In this document: one piece after another, positions 18,426 through 27,003 of the stretch
How positions within the stretch are numbered: the first letter of the stretch is position 1
Layout of the letters: each line of letters opens with the position of its first letter
Assembly: GCA_964230645.1 (NCBI GenBank)
Contig: CAXRHT010000003.1
Location: forward strand, 192,001-256,000
Source of the DNA: Bdellovibrionales bacterium
Lineage (GTDB): Bacteria; Bdellovibrionota; Bdellovibrionia; Bdellovibrionales; JAGQZY01
Direction: 5' to 3'
DNA: 64,000 bases
Made by a program: the position numbers and the translations under genes
The notes under the pieces: model-generated
The model's input: only the letters and a program-made list of their open reading frames with translations
Database searches by the model: none
What the model was told of the DNA's origin: nothing

Positions 18426-19895
18426 GTGCGTCGAATTAGGACTCCACTTATCATTTTAATCGCAATAGCAGGCATTCTTGGATTTTTCCAAAATTGTACG
18501 CCGTCAGTGCCTTTTGGTCATACCGATCATTTTCAGTCTCTTGTTAATTCCACCGAGTTTCCCTATGAAGTTAATATCGACCAAGTGGCCTATATGTCCT
18601 GCTCCGAACAAGAAGATGTTTACAATGACGGGGCCTTCTTTACCTTTCGCTTTGGTGCCTTTCGCACTCACGGAATCCGTGTCACTCCAGAATATCGAAA
18701 TCATATTGAAAAAGTGGATGAAGAAGACGTCCCTTATGCTCTCCAGCAAAGTGCTTCCAGTCGTGGGTTAAAGCTACAGGGTGCCATTCGAACTATGGAC
18801 AACTTGCAGTTAATGTATGTCGATGGGGAAAATGGAGAGAAGGGCCTTGAAGGCTCTGATTATAGCAACTTCTTTCCAGAAATGGGAGATCCCGTATTAT
18901 CTCAGGCACTCTGGTATATGAATCCCAATGATTATCTTAGAAACTATGTCGCTGCTCAATTTCCAGATGAATATCGTTTTGCCAGTGAAGTGCAATTCAT
19001 GAAATCTCAACTAATGGAAAATGACCTCAGAAACTTTTTCGGAAGTCGGGGAATTCTTACCGTTACATTTGCTCAGAATGGTGAAATTAAGCCTATCGGA
19101 CTAGGAAGTATTGACTACCTCAATCGCATAAACACAGATCCAAACTCGCCTTCCAATGGCAACGGCGGAGGGAATGGTGGTTCTGGTGTTGGCGGTTCAG
19201 GCTCTAACCCGTCAGGAGGAAGTGGAGGCTCTGGGGGTACAATTGATCCAGGTGGATCAGGTGCTTCCGGCGGAGGTGGCGGAGGTGGAAACAGCGTTCA
19301 AAAGCCTGTCTTCACAGCGGCCAACTTAGATGTAAGGTCCAATGTCTTTGGTGCGGCCGTGCAACCCAAGTTCAAGCAACCGCCCAAAATTATTGTGCCC
19401 GACAATCAGAATCAGCCTGTGATTGAACAAGATCCAGGTCCCGATATGCCACCACGGATTTTAAGCTCCGTTCGTGATGTTATTATTGATGAAAGGCTCA
19501 GTACCCGACCCACACCAGAGTGGATTTGTCCGAAAGAACTCAGTTTTATGATCGTTCTTCCTGAGGACGCGATTTATCAAGATGAGGATTCCAATACTAT
19601 CACACGCTGTAATATGAATCCGGATCCATTAAACCCGAACGCTGATGAGAAAAAACTCTATGATATCGCTCGGCAGAGTATTTATGCTGAAGACTTTTAT
19701 ATCGATCTACGCAATCGTTGTGTGGTGCCAAAACCGGGAGTCGCCAACGAGGGCAGTTGTTACGGTATCAACGAGAACACCTCTATGACTCGCCCGATCG
19801 CCTACGATGATTACGATTCAGTAGGCTGTGGTTTTGGAGTGGGGCAAAAAGTTTGCCCGCACTATGTTTCTGTTTGTTACCGGCGCTACGAATAA
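18426..19895 (+). CDS. Putative lipoprotein (FQNC lipobox) with a Gly/Ser-rich linker and Cys-rich C-terminus
   Basis: GTG start after a GGGGGA RBS; RRIR-hydrophobic-FFQNC; Gly/Ser/Asn run; several C-terminal Cys. Confidence 0.75.
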   Translation: MRRIRTPLIILIAIAGILGFFQNCTPSVPFGHTDHFQSLVNSTEFPYEVNIDQVAYMSCSEQEDVYNDGAFFTFRFGAFRTHGIRVTPEYRNHIEKVDEEDVPYALQQSASSRGLKLQGAIRTMDNLQLMYVDGENGEKGLEGSDYSNFFPEMGDPVLSQALWYMNPNDYLRNYVAAQFPDEYRFASEVQFMKSQLMENDLRNFFGSRGILTVTFAQNGEIKPIGLGSIDYLNRINTDPNSPSNGNGGGNGGSGVGGSGSNPSGGSGGSGGTIDPGGSGASGGGGGGGNSVQKPVFTAANLDVRSNVFGAAVQPKFKQPPKIIVPDNQNQPVIEQDPGPDMPPRILSSVRDVIIDERLSTRPTPEWICPKELSFMIVLPEDAIYQDEDSNTITRCNMNPDPLNPNADEKKLYDIARQSIYAEDFYIDLRNRCVVPKPGVANEGSCYGINENTSMTRPIAYDDYDSVGCGFGVGQKVCPHYVSVCYRRYE

Positions 19896-20099
19896 ATTCG
19901 CATCTTACAAAATGCCAATCCAACAGTTTTAAGTTTTGCTCAAGGGCTAATTAGTGCTGAGCGGACCTCGTGTTTTAACTTGTCCAAATTGTTAATGAAG
20001 ACACTCAATTTTAATCACTGTGAGAGTCCTTCACTGACTTGGTCACTCTCTTGACTCAGCATGCTGGACAGAAGGGTCTGAGCGGGTCATCATGAGAGA

Positions 20100-20954
20100 A
20101 TGAAAACTGTAATTTTAATTCTTTCGAGTCTTTTCTGTTTTAGTGCTCAAGCCAACCAAATGGCCGGAGCGGTCTCTGCGGGAATGGGAGGCACGGGGCG
20201 TGCGGCCGTGGTTTCCAACGAATCCCTTTATTTGAATCCAGCAACAATCGCATTAATGGAAGGTTTCTACTCCGGAGCGTCCTATCAAACGGGCTTTTTG
20301 CGCCAAGATATCAGCCGGAACACTTACAGCATCACTATGACGGATGCGACTGAGGGCATCATGTTGCCGGGCTCTTTCGGATATCGAAAGCACAGCATCA
20401 ATAACCAAGGAGAGCGTCTTGAGGAAAATGAATTCAAAGTCGGCCTTGGTTACCGCATAACGGACAGGTTGAGCTTAGGAGTGGGAGGGACCCATCTTCG
20501 GGCAAAAAATCAAGTGGGGGAAAAGTTCAATCAGACCAATATGGATGTGGGGATCCTAGTGGGCTTACAGCCCAACTGGGGCCTTTCTTTTACGGGTGAA
20601 AATATAATAAAAGACAATGAAAATAGACCTTTAGCTCTGGATCGGCTTTCACGAGCCGCGCTTGGAACACAATATATCATGCAGCGTATGATCACCCTTC
20701 GCTACGAAACCCTAATGCCTCTTTATCAGGAAGGCCCCTCACTTCTAGGTCACCGCTTTGGCCTGGGGCTTGGAATGAAGGGCTCTTTTGGTCTGAATGC
20801 TGGTTATTCTGTGGATGATTCCTTGGGCCAAAACTGGGGTTCTGTGGGGATTAGCTGGAAGGGGCCTCGCCTTAAAGTGGCCTACAGCTACCAGCAGGAG
20901 ACCCGGGCTGATTTAGGAGCCAGACACTTCGTTGACTTGTGGTTAGACATTTGA
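20100..20954 (+). CDS. Putative outer-membrane beta-barrel protein (PorV/FadL-like N-terminus)
   Basis: Signal peptide; AGMGGTGRA...LYLNPATIA motif; alternating amphipathic strands. Confidence 0.65.
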   Translation: MKTVILILSSLFCFSAQANQMAGAVSAGMGGTGRAAVVSNESLYLNPATIALMEGFYSGASYQTGFLRQDISRNTYSITMTDATEGIMLPGSFGYRKHSINNQGERLEENEFKVGLGYRITDRLSLGVGGTHLRAKNQVGEKFNQTNMDVGILVGLQPNWGLSFTGENIIKDNENRPLALDRLSRAALGTQYIMQRMITLRYETLMPLYQEGPSLLGHRFGLGLGMKGSFGLNAGYSVDDSLGQNWGSVGISWKGPRLKVAYSYQQETRADLGARHFVDLWLDI

Positions 20955-20993
20955 TAACTCGACTAGTCACTAATTTGAAGGAGAAATAGGTCC

Positions 20994-21125
20994 ATGGCAT
21001 CGACAAGAAAGCAGACTAAATTAAGACGTAAGCGCAAAGCAGCTAAAGCTGGAAACAAAAGAAAAGCCAAAGCCCGAAATCAGGGAACAACTCCAACGGC
21101 TTCCGAGCTTTTTGGCGACGAATAA
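20994..21125 (+). CDS. Small basic protein, 43 aa (MASTRKQTKLRRKRKAAKAGNKRKAKARNQGTTPTASELFGDE)
   Basis: Read directly from the sequence; GAAGGAGA RBS upstream; below the ORF-track length cut-off. Confidence 0.75.
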   Translation: MASTRKQTKLRRKRKAAKAGNKRKAKARNQGTTPTASELFGDE

Positions 21126-21182
21126 GCTTTAAACTGTTGAAAATATTGATCTTAGCCCTCTATCCGCATTGCGTGAGGGGGC

Positions 21183-23024
21183 TTAAAACTGGTATTTCAA
21201 TTGAAGCCAGTACTTCCTCTGGGGCTCAGGATAATTGAGCGCCAACACTTTACCCTCATTAAAAGCGTTCACAAGGCCAAGATTCACTTGGGCATTGCTG
21301 GTTATTTGTGTGAACAGAAAAAAGTTCCATTGTTGCCAGTCCTCTAATTCCACCGCCTGATTGTTTGAGATGTCAAAGGCTTCATACCAATGGGTGTTTT
21401 GTATCTGTAATTGAAAAGAGTCCCACTGTTTTGTCACCGACCAACTTATCTGATGTTTGGGTGAGAGCCTAAACGGACGGTCCAACTGGCGGTTTTGAGT
21501 TTCTAAGTAATTGTAATTAACTTCTCCTACCCACTGAGCCCAGGCTTTAGAGAGTTTTAAGTCAATTCCTCGGGAATAGCCTTCCCCTCGGTTGGCTCTT
21601 GAAAAGACGCCGGGTGAAATTTCAAAAGACTCAATAAAATTTTGATACTCCATATGAAAGAATCGGAGCTCCCAAAATAAATCATAGGGGTTCGATTGAG
21701 TGGCTTGAATTCCAAGCTCATACTGTGATGATTTCTCAGGGCTGAGATTTGAGTTACCTACAAAAAAGGGACTCTCGGCATAAAGGTCATTCAGAGAGGG
21801 GTTACGGAAGCCTTCCGAGTAGCTGAGCCAAAGATCAAAACTGTCTTCATAAAAGTGAGTGGAAAGGCTCGGTAGAAAACGGGAGCCTCGGGTAAGGTAG
21901 CGACCACCAATTTGGTGTTTTAAAAAATCAAAAGAATAAAACCCCAAGAAAGGACCGAGTTCAAAGTTTTCCGTCTTAAGATTGTCTCCTACGAAACTAT
22001 TGTCCATTTCGTGGAAAAAGGCATCGGCAAAAAACTGCAGTTGGGTTCTTGAATTCCAGTCGTGGATAAATTCATTTTGAAGAATATAAGTTATCTGATC
22101 GGTATAGGAAAAATTGCCACTTTCCGTAAATTCGGCGTTACTGAATAGGTAGGTGGCTCTAGATTTTAAACTTGTTTGATCGGTGAAAAAATAATGAGGT
22201 GTGATTGATAAAAGGCCGCCCGTATTTTCTTGATCCGTTTTAAAAGGATTGTTGGTGGGGCCAGGGCTTATAGAGTTCTGCTTAGCAAGAATCATATCGT
22301 AATTGATGCTGATACGGTCCAAATGGGACTCACCGTTAAAGACGGTTCTCATCATTTTCTGAGAGTTGTTGGCTCGAACGCCGCTCGAGTTCTCTGTCTG
22401 GTAGGGAAACTCTCCATCATCTTGCTCTAGGAACAAAGAGGTTTGTAAAAAATTTCTTTTACCATTGATAAGAGGACTGGCCAGCTGCCATGAATGGTGG
22501 GCTAAGTTTCCCTCACGCCAAGGAAGAAAACTTTCGTTAGTATCTGAAAAGTTGGCCACAAAAACGGGTCTGGAATATTTCTGTGGGATAAAATCGATAG
22601 CTCCAGCCATGGCTTGAGATCCATAAAAAAGCGAAGATGGTCCTTTAAGGAGATTCACATGAGAAAGTGTTTCCTTCGGGAAAAAGATACGAGGGGCTCC
22701 AAAGCCAGAGGAAAAATTAAGGGGGATATGATTGTAAAGCACTAAGGTGCGTCCTGTTTGCTCGGCTCCTCGAATAGAAAATGTAGGGGAGCCCTGGGTG
22801 CGAACCTGTAAACCGTTGACGGCGTTAAGAGCGTCGTCAGGCTGAGGTAAGTTGATGCTGGTTTTAGGCTTTTCTTTGTAAACAGGCCATTGAATAGAAC
22901 GCGTGGATTCGTTTTTTTCCGGATCGCCTTCTACAAGGACGTTGGGAAGCTCTAGAGTTGTGGCATGGGAAATAAAGGTGAAAAAGGAAAAAGTCCCAAA
23001 AAGGATTAATTGAATCATTTGCAT
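21183..23024 (-). CDS. btuB: TonB-dependent receptor, probable cobalamin transporter BtuB
   Basis: ATG 23024 with AGGAGA RBS, signal peptide, plug motifs SIRG and LLKGPSSLFYG..AMAGAI, barrel motifs GFRNPSLNDLY..GNSNLSPEKS, C-terminal F; cobalamin riboswitch upstream. Confidence 0.85.
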   Translation of the reverse strand: MQMIQLILFGTFSFFTFISHATTLELPNVLVEGDPEKNESTRSIQWPVYKEKPKTSINLPQPDDALNAVNGLQVRTQGSPTFSIRGAEQTGRTLVLYNHIPLNFSSGFGAPRIFFPKETLSHVNLLKGPSSLFYGSQAMAGAIDFIPQKYSRPVFVANFSDTNESFLPWREGNLAHHSWQLASPLINGKRNFLQTSLFLEQDDGEFPYQTENSSGVRANNSQKMMRTVFNGESHLDRISINYDMILAKQNSISPGPTNNPFKTDQENTGGLLSITPHYFFTDQTSLKSRATYLFSNAEFTESGNFSYTDQITYILQNEFIHDWNSRTQLQFFADAFFHEMDNSFVGDNLKTENFELGPFLGFYSFDFLKHQIGGRYLTRGSRFLPSLSTHFYEDSFDLWLSYSEGFRNPSLNDLYAESPFFVGNSNLSPEKSSQYELGIQATQSNPYDLFWELRFFHMEYQNFIESFEISPGVFSRANRGEGYSRGIDLKLSKAWAQWVGEVNYNYLETQNRQLDRPFRLSPKHQISWSVTKQWDSFQLQIQNTHWYEAFDISNNQAVELEDWQQWNFFLFTQITSNAQVNLGLVNAFNEGKVLALNYPEPQRKYWLQLKYQF

Positions 23025-23061
23025 TTTCAGTCTCCTAGAATCGCGTAAGAGTTTACTTTTT

Positions 23062-23150
23062 AAGGGGACCGGACTTACAGAAAGACTCTGATTACCGTTG
23101 CGCGACAGTTCTGGACTCCCACCAGATTCACCCAAGTTATAAAAGCACCA
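23062..23150 (-). ncRNA. Cobalamin riboswitch (short form)
   Basis: Minus strand GGGTGAA-TCTGG-tgggagt-CCAGA-ACTGTCGCGCAACGGTAA-CAGAG..TTCTG-TAAGTCCGG, directly upstream of a TonB receptor. Confidence 0.85.
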
Positions 23151-23224
23151 ATTTTCAGCATTTAAAGCCATTAAAGACGGCAAGTCAATCGGAGGGGGAT
23201 AGGAGTTTTCGTTAATTGTGGAAT

Positions 23225-24337
23225 TCAGGAGTCTTTTTTAAGGTCGTCGAGCTTTTGTTTGGCTACGGCTTGGGCAAAATCAACATGTTCCTTGCGCCCA
23301 ATGATCTTTTGAGCCTTTTCCAAAGAGAAAGGTTCTACCGGGTTTTTTAATTTTTTTAATTTGGTTTTAATTATTAAGTCGTAATTTTTGCGGATGACAT
23401 CAATTTCAAGGCGCTCATCACTGAGGGCTTTAGCGATGTTTTTGACGGCTTTCACTGGCGACTTAGGCTCATTACAGTAAAGCAGCATATTGGCCCCTGC
23501 CTGCAAAGCCATTACCGGAATTTCTTCAATAGGATAGTGCTTGGTGAGAGCTTTCATATCAAGATCATCGGTGATAACGATTCCGCGATACCTCAAAGCT
23601 TCTCTTAGAAATTGCTTAATGAAAAGAGGGCTTAAGGTGACAGGAAATTGGGAGTCGATATTGGGATACTGTATATGAGCCGTCATAATCATATCGACTC
23701 GGGCTTTGATCACTTTTTTAAAAGGCTCGAGATCCCCTTGTTTTTCAAGATCAGCCAATGTTCGTTTATCAACAGGAAGGTCAAAATGACTATCAACGGA
23801 AGTGTAGCCGTGGCCCGGAAAATGTTTCGCACAACTTAAAACATCAGACTTAATATAACCTCGCACCATCGCCGAGGAGAGTTTAGCCACAATATCAGGA
23901 TCGGTGCTCAAGGCTCTATCTCCAATGACTTCATTCTCATCGTTCATAAGCACGTCCACACAAGGGGCGTAGTCGAGATTGATGCCAATGGCTTTAAGCT
24001 CTCTTCCCATCAATTGAGTGAATTGGAAAGTAATATTAGAAGAGTTCATATCGCCTAAGTTTTTGGCCGCCGGCCACTGCGTGAAGGGAGGCTTTAGTCG
24101 GTGTACGCGGCCACCCTCCATATCAATGGAGATAAAGAGGGGAGTTTTCTCTGGAAGTTTGTAGCGCAATTGCTGGATATCACAAATTAGCTTATGAATT
24201 TGTTCAACATCCTTTAAGTTTCTGTCAAAAAGGATGATTCCACCAACGTTGTTTTCAACAATAAATTGAGCTTCGTCCTGAGTGAGTTCTTCTCCGGATA
24301 AACCAATGATAAGTTGTTGACCAATATATTCGCGCAT
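23225..24337 (-). CDS. nagZ: Beta-N-acetylhexosaminidase (GH3)
   Basis: GGIILFDRN, DMEGGRVHR, KHFPGHG...DSH, MTAH, ITDDLDMKA. Confidence 0.92.
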   Translation of the reverse strand: MREYIGQQLIIGLSGEELTQDEAQFIVENNVGGIILFDRNLKDVEQIHKLICDIQQLRYKLPEKTPLFISIDMEGGRVHRLKPPFTQWPAAKNLGDMNSSNITFQFTQLMGRELKAIGINLDYAPCVDVLMNDENEVIGDRALSTDPDIVAKLSSAMVRGYIKSDVLSCAKHFPGHGYTSVDSHFDLPVDKRTLADLEKQGDLEPFKKVIKARVDMIMTAHIQYPNIDSQFPVTLSPLFIKQFLREALRYRGIVITDDLDMKALTKHYPIEEIPVMALQAGANMLLYCNEPKSPVKAVKNIAKALSDERLEIDVIRKNYDLIIKTKLKKLKNPVEPFSLEKAQKIIGRKEHVDFAQAVAKQKLDDLKKDS

Positions 24338-24396
24338 TGTTCCTCATTTTAGGGGTGCTCTGCGTATTTGTCTAGTACCTCAATGGTAAATAAAAA

Positions 24397-25203
24397 TCAG
24401 TGCTCGGGATCAAACTTAATTCTTAACCCTTCTCCGATGAGGTTAATACCAATGACTAATAAAAAGAGTGCGAGGCCGGGAAAAAGGCTCAAGTAGGGAG
24501 CTTCTAAAAGATAGTTTCTTCCAGAGTTTAGCATCGATCCCCATGAAGGCGTTGATGGGGGCACTCCCACACCAAGAAAACTCAAACTTGATTCTATAAG
24601 AACGACGGAGGCTAGAGTGAATGTGCCTTGAACGAGAAGGGCGCCCAAAAGATTAGGCCAAATATAAAAATACAAAATGCGTAAAGAACCAGCGCCCGTC
24701 GCCTTCGAATTAAGAACAAACTCTTTTTCTTTAAGGTGAAGGACCTCACCACGCACCAGCCTTGCAAAAGAGGCCCAGATCGTAAGGCTTAGAATAAAAA
24801 TTAGAGTTAAAATGGAGGAAGCTTGAAAAAAAGCCGCTAAAGCTAAAATGAGGAGAAATCCCGGGAATGCAAAAACAAAATCAACGAGAGCCATAATCCA
24901 TAGATCAAATCCTCCACCCAGCCAACCAGCAAGGGAGCCAAGAATCAGTCCAATGAAAAGGCCAATAAAAACCACAGAAATTGAGATAGTAAGACTGGTC
25001 TTTGCCCCCTGACCGAGAAGGGAAAGAACGTCGGCTCCCCTTTGATCCGTGCCCAGCCAATGGCTGGAGCTTGGGGGGTGGAGTCTTTGACTGAGGTTTA
25101 ATTCCGTTGAGTTTGGGCTGAATAAGAAATTCGAAGCAATAGCAAAAAGGATCAGAAATCCAACAATAAAAAGTCCTAAGGAGAAATTGCCGACTCTTTT
25201 CAT
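24397..25203 (-). CDS. dppC: Peptide ABC transporter permease (DppC/OppC)
   Basis: HWLGTDQRG, ARLVRGEVL, ESSLSFLGVG, PSWGSML. Confidence 0.9.
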   Translation of the reverse strand: MKRVGNFSLGLFIVGFLILFAIASNFLFSPNSTELNLSQRLHPPSSSHWLGTDQRGADVLSLLGQGAKTSLTISISVVFIGLFIGLILGSLAGWLGGGFDLWIMALVDFVFAFPGFLLILALAAFFQASSILTLIFILSLTIWASFARLVRGEVLHLKEKEFVLNSKATGAGSLRILYFYIWPNLLGALLVQGTFTLASVVLIESSLSFLGVGVPPSTPSWGSMLNSGRNYLLEAPYLSLFPGLALFLLVIGINLIGEGLRIKFDPEH

Positions 25204-26117
25204 TGTAGCTTTACCTTCGGATTAAAAAGTTGATAGCTAATGTCTGTGAGAAAGTTGACCGCTATATAAGTGATGGAGATAAAAAGCACACAACCCTGAA
25301 CCACTGGATAGTCTCGATTCTGAATGGACTCAAACAAAAGACGTCCAAGGCCTGGCCAATCAAAAATGGTCTCTACAATCACGGTTCCAGTAAGAAGTGA
25401 GCCTAAAATCATTCCGATAATTGTTAGTAGTGGGAAAATGGCATTGCTTAGTCCGTGAACATAATAAATAAAAAAAGAGGACTGTCCTTTGGCGCGTACT
25501 GAACGGATGTAATCTTGATTGAGTTCGTTAAGCATAGAGGTGCGAGTCATTTGCATAATTAAAGCAAGGATACCTGAAGATAACGTGAGCACCGGTAAAA
25601 TAAGGTGACCCCAGGTCCCTTTTTCGCTTACCGGGAGCCAATTAAGTTGAATGGAAAAAAGATAAATTAAAAGGGGCGCTAACCAAAAAGAAGGGAGGGA
25701 TAGACCAGCCAATGACTGTGCCCTTAGAAAGTGATCCCAGAATTTCCCCTTCTTTTGCGCGGAGAATACACCCAGAGGAATACCAATCAGGCAGGAAAAG
25801 AGCAAAGTAAAAAAGCTAAGCTCTAAGGTGGCCGGTAAACGGTCCATAATGAGCTGACTAACAGAGCGTTTTGAAAAAAGGGAATGACCTAGGTGAAAAT
25901 TAAGTAAATTTTGGAGGTAAATTTTAAATTGCGTAAAAAGAGGAAGATTGAGGTTAAGCTCTTTTTCCAATGCCACTTTATCGGCAAGCTCGGCAGAGTC
26001 CCCCAGCATTATGTCGACGGGGTCACCGGGTATCATATGGATCAAGAAAAAACTAAAAGTGACAACGGCACATATAACAAAGAAAGAATATCTGAGTTTT
26101 ATAAGAAAAAAACTCAT
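25200..26117 (-). CDS. dppB: Peptide ABC transporter permease (DppB/OppB)
   Basis: PGDPV, RLPATLEL, DYIRSVRAKG, VETIFDWPGLG, RDYPVVQG. Confidence 0.9.
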   Translation of the reverse strand: MSFFLIKLRYSFFVICAVVTFSFFLIHMIPGDPVDIMLGDSAELADKVALEKELNLNLPLFTQFKIYLQNLLNFHLGHSLFSKRSVSQLIMDRLPATLELSFFTLLFSCLIGIPLGVFSAQKKGKFWDHFLRAQSLAGLSLPSFWLAPLLIYLFSIQLNWLPVSEKGTWGHLILPVLTLSSGILALIMQMTRTSMLNELNQDYIRSVRAKGQSSFFIYYVHGLSNAIFPLLTIIGMILGSLLTGTVIVETIFDWPGLGRLLFESIQNRDYPVVQGCVLFISITYIAVNFLTDISYQLFNPKVKLQ

Positions 26118-26944
26118 GGTCCTTTCTTTTTTGTTGTCCCGGAAGAACTGGAGGCGGAATTATTGTGCAATCGGTTTTTAGTGCCCTGAGGTACACCACC
26201 AAAAAGAAGAGATATATTTTTCTCATTAAACGGAATACTTGCAACAGCTTCGTCTTTAGTTTTAGTCATCTCTGCGGAAATATTTAGTGCGGGAGAAACG
26301 CTAATTAGCGACTCCCCCTGCGAGTCGATAAAGTTCACAAACTGGGTGCGCTTAAATGTATAGAGAACTTTAAAAACATCCACTCCCATTTTTTTTGTTT
26401 CCGAATCGACATAAACTTCGCCTGGAAAGGCTTTGCCGTCCTCCTCGGCGACAGCTCGAAACTTGTATTTTGCTCCAGGAGTGATTCCCTTTTCTCCTTG
26501 TAAAAGAAGGTAAATCAAAAAAGTCGAAAAGAAAGTTCCATCTTCGAGCTTAGTTTCGTAGACACGCAGTTTTCCATTTTCATTCACTTTAACTTGTAGG
26601 ACTGAGTTATCCCTTTTGTCCTCTCGAATATGGGCGTCAATAGTTTTGGCTTTCTTCCCCTGCAGACTTGTGTAGTTGTACTTAATGGGGTTTAGTTTTT
26701 CAGAGGAGTGAGCTTTTAAACTCTCCGAAATATTTCCACCTTTCACATTTGTCCTTAAATAGTAAGTGGAAATAAATTCTTTCTTTTTCGTATCGAGTTG
26801 GTAGCGTTGGATATAATATCCCACATGCTCCTCTGCGGACTTGATTTTATAGTAGGCTTCAAAAAGAGTCTTTGTCTCACTTTGAGACGGCACCGTAAAG
26901 AGCAAGACTAGTAGGACAAAAGACCAGAGACTTAAGTTTTTCAT
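26114..26944 (-). CDS. Hypothetical exported protein
   Basis: Signal peptide; stop overlaps the dppB start. Confidence 0.7.
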   Translation of the reverse strand: MKNLSLWSFVLLVLLFTVPSQSETKTLFEAYYKIKSAEEHVGYYIQRYQLDTKKKEFISTYYLRTNVKGGNISESLKAHSSEKLNPIKYNYTSLQGKKAKTIDAHIREDKRDNSVLQVKVNENGKLRVYETKLEDGTFFSTFLIYLLLQGEKGITPGAKYKFRAVAEEDGKAFPGEVYVDSETKKMGVDVFKVLYTFKRTQFVNFIDSQGESLISVSPALNISAEMTKTKDEAVASIPFNEKNISLLFGGVPQGTKNRLHNNSASSSSGTTKKKGP

Positions 26945-27003
26945 ATCTAAATTTTCTCCATTGGATTTTCAAATGTCAAAGGCGAGTGATATTATATTAA
27001 GTA

